64,000 nt of DNA, from NCBI GenBank assembly GCA_013239625.1, contig MU053758.1, positions 124,001 through 188,000 of the forward strand. Direction: 5' to 3'. Below are positions 1 to 13,202 of this stretch, piece after piece. The translations under genes and the position numbers were made by a program. The notes under the pieces are model-generated. The model was not told the origin of the DNA. It saw only the letters and a list, made by a program, of their open reading frames with translations, and searched no databases. Positions within the stretch are counted from its first letter, which is position 1, and each line of letters starts with the position of its first letter. Origin of the DNA: Lama guanicoe. Its lineage: Eukaryota.

Positions 1-904
1 TTCTCATGGAGCCTTCCCATGACATCACCACACATACACACTTCCCTGGTCCTCCCCTTGGACTGGAATGGGGGTCCCTCCCGCATTCACCTGAAGCACT
101 GGGCCCTTGCCTATGCGCCTGCCGCTCTCCCTTGCTGACTGCACGCACTCCCAGGACAGCAACTCTCGTGCTCAGATCATTTCTCTAGCACCTAGCCCAG
201 TCCCGGCACATAGCAGGTGTTCAAGAAAAGTTTATTGAAAGAACACTTGAATGAATAAACAGACGGCTCCTCTGCCCCTCCAGGATGAGTGGTCTCTTGT
301 GGGGTGGGCATGGAGATTTGCTACTTTGGGCCCTTCATTTTTCCAGAAAGCCCCAACTTCAGTGTTCTGTCCCTTTGTCCTCTAAGTAAAACTTCAGGCT
401 TGCTGCACTGCCTGCCCATCTTGATCTGGAAAATATGGTTACTATGGCCGTGGGCCTGCTGGTGGGGAGCCCCAAGGGGCTCTGAGGATGCACACTGCGG
501 GACAAGGCAGGCATCCCTGGGTTGAGGGAGGGAAGGCACAGAAAGAGGGAGACCCCAGGCCATGGGCCACTTACAAGCAACAACTCTGTTACTAGGAGCC
601 GAGATGGCTACGCAGGCCAAATGGCAGTTTGGGTTCTTATTCTGGCTCTTTCTGCTGTGATATGGAGACACATTTTGTTTTTTGCTTCCTCCAAAGACAG
701 ATAGTGCAAAGAATAACCAACAACTACAGCAATGAGGCTGGAGTTCGATGATTCTACCTGTTATCCCCATAAATTATTGGGGGATCTCTGAAATTTGAGT
801 CTTTCTGCATCCAAATTGCATTTCCTCCATCATTTCTCTCATCTTTCATGAAATGTCACTTAAATATGTTCCAGATCACCTGTCTGTTTTGTGCTCAGAA
901 GTAG

Positions 905-1735
905 CTCTGATTTAGTTCTCTATGGCTGTGTGACAAAGGACCTGAACATTTTAGCAACTTAAAACTAGCTTTTATCCAGAAATAGAAAGAAAAATGTCAT
1001 ATGGCATCACTTATATGTGGAATCTAAAAAAAAAAGGGGACACAAATGAACTTATTTATGAAACAGAAACACACTCACAGACATAGAGAACAAACTTATG
1101 GTTACTGGGGGTAAAGAGGGTGGGAAGAGATGAATAGGAAATTCAAAAATTGCACCTCTTGGTGAGTGATGGAAGTGTTAGCTAACTTGATTGTGGTAGT
1201 GGTTTCATTGGTGTATATATACATCTATCAAAATTCATTAAATCATACATTTGAAATATACATAGTTTACTATACAGGAACCATATCACAATAAAGATGT
1301 TAAAAAAAAAACCCTAGCATTTATTATCTCACACAGTTTCTGTGAGCCAGGAGTCCTCACAAAGTTGCAGTCATCTCAAAGCCTGATCAGGCGCTGAGGG
1401 TCTGTGTCCAAACTGACTCCTGTGGTTGCTGACAGGCCTCAGGTCTACACTGGCTGCTGGCCTGAGGCTTCAGTTCCTGGCCCTGTGGGCCTCCCTGTAG
1501 GCCTGTCCATCACCTGGCAAATTGCTGCCCTCCAGAGCAAGGGTTTCAAAAAGAGGAAGAGCAGGAGAGTCAGCGAGTGCCCAGGAGGGAAGCTGCAGTC
1601 TTTTAACCTGCAATGGAAGAGATGTCCCTTCGCTTCTGCCCAAGACCACTGGTCACTCAGGCTAACCCTGGCTGTGGCCACCAAGAGGCAGGCACCACTG
1701 AGGCCATCTTGGAGGCTGGCTATCAATTTCCAACA
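905..1735. mobile_element. MaLR (MLT1-like) LTR interrupted by an L1 3' fragment (~975-1312, + strand)
   Basis: MLT-like TTTATTATCTCACACAGTTTCTG and GCCATCTTGG motifs; L1 3'UTR motif TCACTTATATGTGGAATCT with AATAAA and an A tail. Confidence 0.55.
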
Positions 1736-1911
1736 CATACCTGGCACAGAGAAGATGCTCAAGAAATGGTTGTAGAATGAAAGAATGAAGGTAGGAATGG
1801 TTTCAACAGAAATCAATTTTTGTGGGGAATTAATAGTCCTGATCATTGTAGGAAAATGGGGCGAGAGGATGGTCGTGTTCCAGGTCTCAGGTGAGTCCAT
1901 GCGATGTGCCC

Positions 1912-2389
1912 TGTCAAGTGAGGGTCCTTGGCTTAGAGCAGGAAAACATTCAAGAGTGAACCAGAGTAAAGTGAAAGTAGCTTTATTTGGGGAGATACAC
2001 ACTCCATAGACAGAGTGTGGACCATCTCAAAAGGCAAGAGTCCCAGGGTGGGGTGGGGGAAGGTAGTCTTTATGGGCTCAGTAATTTCATATGCTAACAA
2101 GAGGGAGGATTATCCCAACTATTTTGGAGGTGGGGCGGGGATTTCCTGGAATTGGGTCCTGTCCACTTTTTGGCCTTTTACGCCAGCCTGGGAACTGTCA
2201 TGGAGCCTGTGCGTATGTCATTTGGCATGCTTACATATTACAGTGGGCCTATAATGAGGCTCAAGGTCTACTGGAAGCCAAATCTTCTGCCATCTTGGGC
2301 CGAGTTGGTTCTACCCAGTTTATATCCCATCTTCATTTATTGTGTCTTTCTTTTAATGGTTGTGCCCTTCTCCCTTCTCTCCTGTCTCA
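1912..2389 (-). mobile_element. Probable ERV solo LTR of a different family
   Basis: TG...CA termini and minus-strand AATAAA near 1982; TSD not clear. Confidence 0.5.
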
Positions 2390-4588
2390 GGACCACTGCC
2401 CCATCCCTGAGAGAGCTGAACCACATTCAGCTTCCCTCAACCTCCCCACTCTGTCCCCACAAGGCCCTCTTATAATTCAACTCCACCTCTTCCCAGCCGT
2501 GTGACCTCGGGCAGACTCCTGAACTCACAGACCTGTCATGGGTGTTAAAACAGATGAGGGCACATGCATCACAGTATTTGTCCCACACAGTTCTCAGTCA
2601 ATGTAGCCATCATGGGCAGGATTGTGTGTTAGTAATACCAGAAAGAAAAATGAAAGTGTCTCCCTGGAGTCAGGAGCAGTCTTAGAGCTGGGTGTGGCAT
2701 GTGTGTAAGTGTGGTTCTGTATGTTTACTCCTCCAAGAGAAGTGGCTGAGAGGAGCTGTCCAGGGTCTCAGTGCCTGGGATGGGTCATGTGGTCCAGATA
2801 CCAGATTTATCACTTGGGCCAGAGATGTGCTGTGACCTTCGTCACTCAAACAAGCAGGACCGACAGATGAACACGTGGGCTGCTGTCCATTTACACTGAG
2901 TAGCATGTGTTACACCAGTGGTTCTAAATATTTTCTCAGGGAGGGAAGAGGAGGGCAAGTGGGTCATGAAACTGTTTGAAAGTTTACACAAAAAATAAAC
3001 ATTTGTACCTAAACACACACATATATATATATACAATAAACTCAAGCCATTCACAGATGGACCACAGATTCAAAATTCTAGTACTGGATGTGGTCTTCCT
3101 GAAAGCAAGACGACCTTGTGTTCTCCTGAGCAAAGGAATGAATATGTGAATGAATAAAAAAATAACCAAAAAACTCAACTGTGAAAAAGGCCAGAATCTT
3201 GGCATATTTTGCTGGTTAGCAGCACATTGTCTCCCCTGGCGTAATTGTCTCAGGAAAACTGGCTGGCTGTAGAAGACCTGCCTTATCCGTACTGTGTGAC
3301 CTTGGACTTGTCACCTAACCTCTCTCAGTTTCATTTTCCACATCAGGAAAATAATGTGAATTACCGAGGGTGTTTTGTATGCTCCACAGCCTACTAACAA
3401 CACAAGGAATTCTTATTTGTAGTTGGACTCTTATTCTGGTGGGTACATCTAGATTTAGGCAAAAGGAACCCAAGGGGAAAAAAATATGTTTCTACCAACT
3501 TGCCCTCAAGGCCTCCAGTTCCCATCAGCACAGACCTGCCTTGGGAATGGGGAGATTCCTGGGTGGAGCAGTTTGCTCAGAGGAAGGTGTAAAAACATGC
3601 TGAGCTTCCAGCTCTGTCCTCTGTTAGCATATCCACAAATCAGATAGCCAGATGGCCGGACTGCAACACAATTGAGGCTGGGACAGCTTGCTTTGGTCTC
3701 ATTCCAGGCCTAAGGGCACACCCTACACCAGTAGATTAGATGAGACTCCTGAAGTCATTCCAGCAACAAATATTTATTGAGAAACTTCTTCAGATCCAGG
3801 CCTGTGCTAGGTGCTGGGGATACCAGGGGAGCAAGCCTACTCTGGTCCTTATTCTCTCGTTGCTGACAGTCTGGTGGGAAGCAGATATTCATCAATTGTC
3901 TGGGAGAAGGACAGGGTGCTCCGGAGATGTGTAATGGGAGGTCTCGATGTCAGGGTGGGAGGGGGTGTTGTGGGTATAAAAAATTTCCTTTCAGAAGTGA
4001 CATATGAGCTGAGCCCTGAACTCCTTTTAGATAAGAGCTGAGCCCTGAACTCAGAGACAGGCCCTGGATGAGTTGGGAAGAAGCTACAGCAAGTGCAAAG
4101 GGCCTGGGGTGGCACACTGGAAAGTCTGAAATAAAGCCAGTGTGGTTTGAGCACGTGTGTGAGGAGGGGGAGGGATGCAAGAAGTAAGCATGGACACGAG
4201 GCAGGCAGAGACTAAATCGCCCTGTTCTCTTTCATGTGACATTGGCAAAGACTTGAAGGGACTGGAGTGGCAGATTTCAAGACTCTGAAAGCTATTTCAC
4301 AGAAGGAGGGTGCCTTAGAAGCCGAAAGAGAGGAAATACCACAGCAAGTGAGATGTGAGTCAGACAGCAAGGCCATCCTGGCCCAGAGGGAACCCTGGGG
4401 GATGATTTTCTCTACTTCCCGTGCTGTACGTGTCAGCCAGGTGGCAGAAGTGGTGTTTGCTCATTCACTTCCCTATCCTGTTCCCTCTGCCACATTACTC
4501 CCCATTCTTGCTGTTAAATGGACAGCTCAGTCAGGGTGAGTCTGTTACATGAAGATGGGGCTGGGACAGGGGAAGGCAGGGAGGGAAA

Positions 4589-5216
4589 TGTTACCCAAAA
4601 ACCAGGGTTCTCCTCTTGGTGGGTGTCGAGCTAAAAGACAAAACCAAGCCAAAGAGCAGGAGAAGGAAGAATTTATTATTTGCAGCAAGTAAGAACACCG
4701 AGGATTTCTCCCAAAGCAGTGTCTCTCTGACCAGCAAAACTGGGGACGTCTTAAGCTAAAGGTGTATGCATATTCATGAAGAGGCCTGAGCAGAGGAGAA
4801 CTCAGCACAGAATGGAGCAAAGATTGACAGAGTCTAAGCTTTAGTGGACTGAAATCAGGAGGGTCAGAAAAGGTTTTCAACATCATCATCCCACAGGTTC
4901 CACCAGTCTGAGGTCTCAGCGTGTAGCTTCTATCCTCCACCTGGGTGGGGGCCTTAGTTCCTGCAGAAGAACTCAAAGATTTGTATCAGATTGTTAGGTA
5001 CTTCCCTTGAGGAAGAGCTAGTTCTGTTTCACTGCTGAACAATTGTTTCTTGACTGCTTTTCCTTTGTTCCTGCCCTTAAAATCATTCATTACTGAAACC
5101 TGTTTAAGGGCAAGCCTTGTGGCCAGGCTTAGATCCCAAAATGGCTTAGGCCAAAAATGATGAGGAAGCCATGCCTGGTTCTCTTTCTTCAGGGAGCGTC
5201 TACCTATTTGCTTACA
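4589..5216 (-). mobile_element. ERV1-type solo LTR, copy 1
   Basis: TG...CA termini, 4-bp TSD GAAA (4585-4588 / 5217-5220), AATAAA on the minus strand; homologous to copies at 7988 and 31558. Confidence 0.8.
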
Positions 5217-5837
5217 GAAAGCAGCAAGGGTGAGGAGGGTGTTTTGGGGTGTCTGGGCTGCTCAGGGAAGGGGGGAAAGAGAGGGGGAAAGCTAGCAGCA
5301 GCCAAGACCAGGAGTAGGGCTGGGTCAGGGAAGGAGAGTGGCCAGGACAGGGCATCTCTGGGGGCCCCACCCCTGGATTCTGAGTCTCTTCTCTTTCCTG
5401 GAGGCACCTCTGGTCCCAGCTGCCTTGCCTGCTGAAGGACAGGACGGGATGGCCCTGGCAGTCACAGGTAGGGTACATCTGGTTGTTCTCTGACATCCTT
5501 TTGGGAAGACCTGTTTCCTTGTCTGGGGTTTCTCTCTAAATTATAACTCCTTGAGGGTAGGGTCTACATCTTGTTCAATGTCATAGATCCCATTGTCTGA
5601 TGCAGTTAGTATTTGTTGAATGAATGAAAGCACAGACCCATGAACACTGAATTGTAGTGATGATCTGGAGAGCAGAGACCGTCCATAGCTATGGATGGAT
5701 GGGACCCAGCTCTGAAGATCTGAGCCTTGATCTACATTACTGCCAGAATTCTTCTAAGGACCGGGGTTTGTGGGTAGGGCAGCCTATTTGCAGCCTCTTC
5801 GGATCAAAGGGCAACTCAAAATGCAGAAACTTTTTAA

Positions 5838-5978
5838 ATTAAAAAAAAATGTTGTTTTATTTTTGGGGGAGTAATCATTTAATGTATTTATTTATTTTAA
5901 TGGAGGTACAGGGGATTCAACTCAGGACCTCACACATGCTAAACATGTGTTCTACCACTGAGCTGTACCCTCCTCCCG
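5838..5978 (-). mobile_element. tRNA-derived SINE (camelid Vic-1-like)
   Basis: Reverse A/B-box head (CTACCACTGAGCTGTACCCT); flanking CAGAAACTTTT(T)AA repeat. Confidence 0.85.
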
Positions 5979-6040
5979 CCAAACTTCAGAAACTTTTAAG
6001 ACAGGTCATGTGATGTTCTGGTTAAGAATGGAGCTCTAGT

Positions 6041-6172
6041 GGGGAGGGTATAGCTCAAGTGGTAGAGTGTAAGCTTAGCCTGCTCCAGGTTCTGGGTTCA
6101 ATCCCCAGTACCTCCATTTAAAAACAATTAAATAAATAAAACTAATTACCTCCCTTACCAAAAAAAAAAAAA
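6041..6172 (+). mobile_element. tRNA-derived SINE (Vic-1-like)
   Basis: GGGGAGGGTATAGCTCAAGTGGTAGAG head, GGTTCAATCCCC B box, A tail, TSD AAGAATGGAGCTC (6024-6036 / 6173-6185). Confidence 0.9.
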
Positions 6173-6662
6173 AAGAATGGAGCTCCGTAGCTGACTGCCT
6201 AGGTTCAAGTCCTACTTTTGCCACTTCCTAGCTGTGTGACATACCACTCTGTGCCTCATTTTTCTCATCTGTAAAATGGGGGAACAAATAGATCATAGGC
6301 TTGATGTGGGAATGAAGAAAGCTGACAACACTGCTTGGCACACAGTAAGTGCTCCATCAATGTTAGTGATTGTTGTCCAGGATGGAGATGAGAGACATGG
6401 AAAGGGATTTATTCCTTCCCCCAGGACAACACCTTAGACCCAAAGCACCTACCGCGGATCTGGCAGAGCTGCCTGAATAGGGTCACCCCTGGTGGCTTCT
6501 TCTGCTCAGTCCACCTGCATCAGTTGCCAGATCACCAAGGGCCCTCTGCCTTCTGCAGACAGAGAAGTGCCGACTGTACAACTGGGCTGACCGCCACTTG
6601 CTCCACAGCGTCATTGGGCAAGGCGCTTTCCTAATGTCCGCAAGCTTCTGCTTTCTTACTCG

Positions 6663-6748
6663 TTTTTTTTCCCTTTAATGGATGCGCTGGAGATTGAACC
6701 TTGTGCATGCCAAGCACTCGCTCTACCACTGAGCTGTACCCTCCACCC
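6663..6748 (-). mobile_element. tRNA-derived SINE (Vic-1-like), short
   Basis: GATTGAACC...CTCTACCACTGAGCTGTACCCTCC. Confidence 0.75.
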
Positions 6749-7987
6749 TTGCTTTCATATGTGTAAAAATGGAAATACTAAAACCATCTGCCAGGGTTGC
6801 TGTGGGGATTAGGTGCCCTGCACCCAGAAGGGCCGGAATGCAATTGCCTCTCCAGTTATCTGCCCCTCCCTCTGGCCCAGGCCCCTCCCAGGCTCTACCA
6901 CTGAGACCTGGGGCAGGAGTTACATCCTCTCTGTGAAGATCAGCTGGAGAGTTCCATCCCTGGCAGCCTGCATCAGGCTTCACCAGGGACTCCTGTCCCT
7001 GTCACCTCAGATGACTCCTGTCCCCGCAAGCTCTCTGCCAGATGGACTGACCTGAGTCCTAAGGCGAACCCTATAGGAGCGGAGTAAGTCCTGTGGTCCG
7101 AGCGCACTGGGTGGAGGCCTCAACCTGCTAGGAATGGGGATGGGGCGAGGTGGGAGGTGGGATTCCCATTCCATTTTTGTCCTCATCTTTAGACACAAGC
7201 TCATCATCCTACTTGCTTACTCACAGGCACAAAGAGGGGGAAAGTTGAAAGGGAAATAGGTTGGTATCCTGAAAATTTTAGTGCAGGGAGAACCGGGAAT
7301 TTCTACATTTATTCCACGAAGGTGCTTTGCATGGAATCCATGTGAGCTGTGGGGTTCTCAGCACTGGAAGGCAGAGTCTGCAGGAGGAACTCGCTGGTCG
7401 GGTGGGGGGAGGCTACAGAAAGTTCTCTGTCCATCCCACCCCCAGCCCCAGCAGTGAATCTGGAAACAACGTTAAAAGGGCTGCTAACCACATCAAAGGG
7501 ATTTAAATCTGGTGCCTCCTGAGAGCATGTGACCCTGGACAAATCATTTGATCTCAATTTCCCTGTTGTAAAATGGTAATAATACCTCACTGACCGGTTG
7601 GCTTGAAGATTTAATGAGGGAACATAAATGGAGCACTACTGTTGAGTGAGGTGAACACAGCAGGGAACTTGTTTTATCCAACAGCCAACATCTAAGGCCA
7701 ACTGTGTGCCAGGGTCTATAGGCTAGGGACAAGGGAGACACTGATAAAGAAGACAAGCCTGATCTCCGCCCTCACATTGCCCACAGAAGTGGGATGGCAG
7801 ACACTGAATGAAAGGGATGGTGTGGGGTGATGATTAAGGCAACCAGCTTGGAAGCCCAGCCCTACCATTCAGCGGTGGGGTGACTCTGCACTAGCTCAGC
7901 TCTTTGCTTTGATTTTCCAAAAGTAAACTAAGCCACGCACCCACTTCATAGAGTGGTGAGGATTACGCGAATTGACACATGGAAAAA

Positions 7988-8629
7988 TGTTACCTGGCAA
8001 CTGGGTTTCCCTCTTGATGAGTGTCAAACGGCACAACCAAGCCCAAAGAGTGGGAGACGAAAGGATTTGTTACTCGTAGCAGCAAAGGAGAACACCAGGC
8101 ATCTTTCCCAAAGCAGTGTAGTGTCTCTCCCACCAGCAAATCTGGGGAAGTTTTAAGGTAAGGGTGCATGCATTCTCTTGAAAAGGCTTGGGCTGGTGTA
8201 TGCATATTCATAAAGGGGCTTGAGCAGAGGAGAATTCAACATAGAGTTGGCACAAAGGTCCACAGAGTTCAAGCTTTCATCCATTGAAGTCAGAAAAGAT
8301 CATCCTCATCATCATTCCATCCTCCACCTGGGTGGGGGGACTTAATTCCTGCAGAACTCAGATTCGAGACAGATTGCTATGTATATCCCTTGAGGAGGAA
8401 CTAGGGCTCTGTTATATCGCTGAACTATTTTTTCTTGACTGCTTTTCCTTGGTTCCTGCATTCCCTCGCTTTCCTTGAGATCATTAATTATAAGTGAGAC
8501 CTATTCAGGGACAGCATTGTGGCACGGCTTAGACCACAAAATGGTTTAGGCCAAAAATGGCCTCTCTTATGTCAAGAAAGTCATTCCTGATTCTCTTTCT
8601 CTGGGGACCCCCTATCCTATCTGCTTACA
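7988..8629 (-). mobile_element. ERV1-type solo LTR, copy 2 (inserted in a MIR-like remnant)
   Basis: TGTTAC...CTTACA termini; shares CCCAAAGCAGTGT and similar internal blocks with the other copies; TSD not evident. Confidence 0.75.
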
Positions 8630-9559
8630 TTTACAGCCCCTACTGTGTGCTGTAAGGACACAGGTGATCAGTATAGTAAAAGGAGCGGCAGGATGTGTAA
8701 CAGGGCAAGAGATGATGTCCAGGCTGAGCCTGCCCAGTAGTTGGGGTGGACATAGTCCCAAGGAGGAAAGGGCCTGGTGCAGGAGAGCAGGAAGAAAGAG
8801 TGAGGAGTGAAGAGAGGGGTGTGACTGAAGCAGAACCAGCAAACCAGTTTAAGGAGTTAGGGCATAGGGAGTTACTGGCAAGGATTTTTAAGGATCAGGT
8901 TTGCAACTTCAAAACATTCATTCCCCTTTGTATCTATGGAAACATGGCACACGTTTGTCCATTCATTAATGTACCCCTTGCCCCTGGCACAGAGATTAGG
9001 GTACTCCCTGGCGGACCCTCGCTCCCTCTCTGTTTTCCAGCCCCACTGGCTTCCAGATCTCTTGGGGCCTTTGCGTTTGGTGGCTCTCTTCCAGGAGTGG
9101 AGCCAGGGAAGATTAGGGAGCACTGAAGTTAGACCCAGGCCTGGGGGTGCCCACCTCCTCCCCATCCACACAGCCCCTCTGTGACCCCAGAATCAAGTGT
9201 GCCTCTTTTGATTTCGGCAAATAATTTCTCCTGCTGTAAACACTCAACTGTAAATGCGGCGATCTAGTACAGTGCCTGGTTGGTAGTATGTTCTCAGTCA
9301 ATACAAGTTTCTTTCCTCTCAAAACAATCTTCTCACCATCGGGGTGGGAGGACATTAAGAGTGGGGTGGGTGTGGCTAGGAACGATTCAGGGAGGAGAAA
9401 GTAGGCTTTTACTTTTCTTGCAAAGGGGCAAAGAGTTTGGTCCCCAACTCAGCGTTTACGGGGTAGGCGCGTGAGAGGGTGCCTTTCCCGGCAATCCCCT
9501 GTAATCTGTAACCCGGGTAAGGGTTCCAGGGAGATGGAAGCAATGACTCCGCCTGGAGG

Positions 9560-10660
9560 GCAGAGGGCACCTAGCTATGCGCACGTGGGAGAGGAACTGC
9601 TTTTCTTGGGCTGGATCGACCGATGCCTACCTTCGGGCTTAGGAGCGCAGAAAGGAATGACGTGGGGAAGTGGGGGATACATTTCTGCAAATCTCAGGGA
9701 TCAGAGCTCCAGAGGCTGCGGTGGAGAAAGTCCACAGCCCGGGCACCTCTAGGTGTATGGGCGGGACTTACGTAGAGTCCCGCAGCCGCGCGCATGAGGG
9801 TCCCCCCCACCTAAGCGCATCTGAAGGGATGCACTCGGTCTCCACCCTCCTAACCTTTCCTCCAGTGCCGAATCCCACCTTCGCTGGCTTTCGGGGATCC
9901 TCCGGGGCAGCCGAGAGGCGTGGCCCGCCGGCGGCCCGCCCCTTTGGTGTCCTCCGGCACCGCTGTGATTGGACAGCCGCTTGTGACGTGCGGGGACTGC
10001 GGTGGGCCCGGCTGCTGCGGCAGCCGCAGCGCCGGCCACGGCTCCGGCTCTGGCTCCCGGGTATTTAAAGGGGACGCAGCGGCGGCCTGGGGGGATGGGG
10101 GGCAGGTGGAGAGGACGGCCCAGACGCACATCACCCAGGGCCACTTGGGACTGGAGTGACTCGTGAGCAGGAGCCCAGAAAGCCGGGGGTGGATAAGACA
10201 TCGCGTCCCCTCCAATCCTCGTAAGCACCCCTTGCTCCATCCCGCTTCCAAATACTCAGCCAGCCCCTTTCCCCACTCTTTACACATCAAACTCTGCCGG
10301 GACAGACCTTTGCCGCCGCCGCTCCCCACGTGAGTCCTGGGCTCCCCGAGGTAGGGGAGGTCTGGGGTCCTAGTGTGGGGTGGGGGCTGCGTGGAGTCTG
10401 AGAGCGCTCCTTCATGCGTCTATCAGTGCGGGAGTCCCTGTAGCGGAGTAATTTGTTCCCCTTTTACGCCAGGAATCGGGTGCCCGGGTATCGCTCCGTC
10501 CCCGACTTGGTCAAGGCGAAGGAATCTGGGCTCACTTGCTCTCTGCCGCCCACGAGTCCCCTCTGGCTCCCGAGCTGCGCGCCCCACCTCCCCTCCGCCC
10601 CGCACTGGAGCGAAGCACCCGCCAGCTGGGGGTGTGCCAGAGTGCCTGCTTTCCAGCCAC
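9560..10660 (+). promoter_or_regulatory. PHOSPHO1 CpG-island promoter
   Basis: CpG-dense; inverted CCAAT (ATTGG 9968-9972), CRE-like TGACGT 9984-9989, TATTTAAA 10062-10069, exon-1 donor at 10330. Confidence 0.75.
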
Positions 10661-12760
10661 TTCTAAAAATATCTCTCCCCCCACTCCACCAGCAGCTGCC
10701 ACCTCTTTGCCCATTGAGGATCCCCTCGCAGTTTGTCCACCCAGGCAGGACAAGCCCAGAGGTGGCTCCCGGTCCCAGCTTCCTCACTGGCACCAGGGCT
10801 TCACTGGCACCAGGGCTTCAGTCAGGGCCCAAGGGATTCCCCAGGGCAATAGGGTAAGTTCTGGCTGCAGTTTTCCCAAGAGGCAGCAGAGACCCCTGTG
10901 CTCCTGATTCTGATGCTGTGTGACCTCCCAGGATATTAGTTTGACCTCTCTGAGCCTCTGTTTTGCCTATTTACTGCTGGTGGTGGTGAGGAAGGAAGAG
11001 ACCATGGTAAAGTTGGGAGTGCTGTCTGGAGAGGGAGAGAATTTCAGTCTAGTAGTGAAATCTGATTTCTAGTGATTGATGAAAAGAAACCTGGTCTTGG
11101 GCAGAGGACTTGTTACTGTAGGTCCTTGCTCCCCTGCCCCTTATCCCTAACTTGCACATTTTCTGGGGAAAACTGTCCTCAAACTGTCCTGTGGACTCCA
11201 CCCATCAAGAGGGGAATTTCAAACTTAGGGCCTATGCAAAAGACAGGACTGTTTCCCTTCCCTATCCCCAGGGGCCCTCCCACTCCATCCCCATAGATGT
11301 AATACAACAGCATTGTGTAAAAGGTGCCGGGTGTGGGGCTGGGAGAGGCAGTCACTGCTTAGGTGGCACTGAAATCTGGGCTCCCTGCCCACCCAATGAA
11401 ACCCTTCTCTCCTCTCTGCTCTAGCCTGGGAGAAGCTCAGAGGTCTTGTCCCCTTTTCCTCTGAGGGACTCTTTCTGGTGTCCACAGAAGGATTTGATCA
11501 CTCAGGACAAAGCTGCTAGAGGTGAGTAATGTCACAGAAACCAGACTCCAGTGGAACCTAGGGTCCCTCTGACTACTGTGGGGTAGTGTCAAAGTCTGGC
11601 CTTCTCAGTTTTGAAGAGAAACCCAGAATGCCTGGTTTTCTGCTCTGGGGATTAAAAGAAACAAGAACAACTCACCAAACAATAAATGTTTAACTGATTT
11701 CCCTAAATACTATTAGTAGATGCAAAAAATAAAAAAATCACTATGTGTTTTGCTATGACAAGTTTCATGATTAAAAACCAGTAGACTATTCTACCAAATT
11801 TTTAAAAAGAAAAGAAAAAGAACCAAGGGCGAAGCAGTGAAAGTTGACCTCTGGATGGTTCCTGGAGACCCTTTTTTATCTTTGTATCTGCCCTGCACGT
11901 GTCTATCCATATTTGCTTTTACAAGGGGAGTGGCATCCCCTGACCTTTTCTCTTTGGACTCACCTGGCCCTGAGGGGACCGTGTGGTAACAGCCAGGATT
12001 ATGGAAGGCTGGAACTCCTTCCAGATGGGGCCTGGGGACAGCCCTCCCACCTCTCTTCTCCCAAATGTGCCCTTCCTTCACCTCATTCACCTCCTTCCTC
12101 TTCCCTCCCATCTTCTTGACCTGTGTCTTCCCTCCCTCCCTCCCTCCCTCTTTTTGCCCACTGCCCCATTCAGTTTTGACCACTGCTCTCAATTCCTAGA
12201 TTACAAGTTCTTGAGGAAAAGGCTGAGACCCACATCCCATCCCTAGTGAAGGGGTTTAATGCATGTGTGGTTAGTGAGTGGGGAGGGATGGGGTACCTCA
12301 AAACAGAGGGTGTCAGAGCCCCTCCCTCTGACTGTTGCCCTGCTCCTGGGATGTCCTAGTCTCTGGTGGAGGGCAACAGCTTCTTGCTGTCCTGGGATGG
12401 TATAGGGAAAGTGTCACCTTAGTGAAGTCAGAAGGGTACCCAGTGTCACCCACTGTCACCACCAGGGGGCAGCAGACAGACAGACCTTTGCTCCTTTCCC
12501 TGTCTTGGTCTCCAGGCTCTCAAGTAACTTTCCAGGTCTGTCCCAGATGTAACTAGTCACTCATTTAACCCCACGGTGGAGGGGAGGCACTGGGAGTTGT
12601 CAGTCTGTAGCTGCACTGGTGAAGCCACCACAAAGCCAAACTCTGTTCCCAAAGCCACACAGCAAAGTCCCACAGAAATGTCAACCTGTTCCTGACTGAC
12701 TGCCAGCCTCTGAAAGCACCAGGGAGGCTGTCCCAGACCAGCTGTGTTGCCCACGGGTCC

Positions 12761-12798
12761 CTGCTGCCCACTTGCTTCGGACTCTGGCAGAAACCCCA
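12761..12798 (+). repeat. 38-bp exact direct repeat, copy A (PHOSPHO1 intron 1)
   Basis: CTGCTGCCCACTTGCTTCGGACTCTGGCAGAAACCCCA, identical to 14556-14593. Confidence 0.95.
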
Positions 12799-13202
12799 GT
12801 ACAGTAAGCCTTGTCATCTGCCCCTTCCCTTTTGAGGGCTGAGGGCAACCAAGGCTGTGGCCAGGTGTTCACACCAGGCTCTGCCCCATGGAAACAGCAT
12901 GGCCTTGGGCAAGTTATTTAAGCTCTGAGCTCTTCTTATCTGCTGAATTCATGAGACTGTGATGAACTGTGAGAGAATGAATGAGTAAAGGTGATTTGTA
13001 AACTGTGATGTACCATACACATAAAGGGGCAATGATCATACTAGAGAAAAAAGTATTGGTCTCAGACTCAGAGATCTGGATTGGAGATCTGTCTCGAGAT
13101 CTGTGTCTGCCACATACAGTGGGTGACCTTTGGGCAAGTTGGTTAACCTTTCTGGGTCTCCAATAATATCATCTGTAACCTCTAGCATCATGGGGGATTG
13201 CT

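Noticed and set aside
4006..4052. 18-bp direct repeat GAGCTGAGCCCTGAACTC with an 11-bp spacer
   Set aside because: Local micro-duplication in an old repeat remnant; only two units, not CRISPR-like
6041..6120. tRNA-like sequences here and at 48581, 51901, 57205, 60281 and others
   Set aside because: SINE heads with A tails and TSDs and no intact cloverleaf; only 40535-40606 is a real tRNA
4589..8629. Full provirus bounded by the two LTRs
   Set aside because: LTR1 has its own TSD, the intervening DNA is SINE/MIR/unique sequence with no gag/pol/env, and the LTRs are clearly diverged
10784..10820. 17-bp tandem duplication TCACTGGCACCAGGGCT x2
   Set aside because: Simple slippage duplication with no supporting functional motif
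12761..12798. 38-bp repeat as a pre-miRNA, IRE or ribozyme (contains CUUCGG)
   Set aside because: Stem is only 5-6 bp, the tetraloop lacks a supporting helix, and there is no IRE loop or hammerhead core
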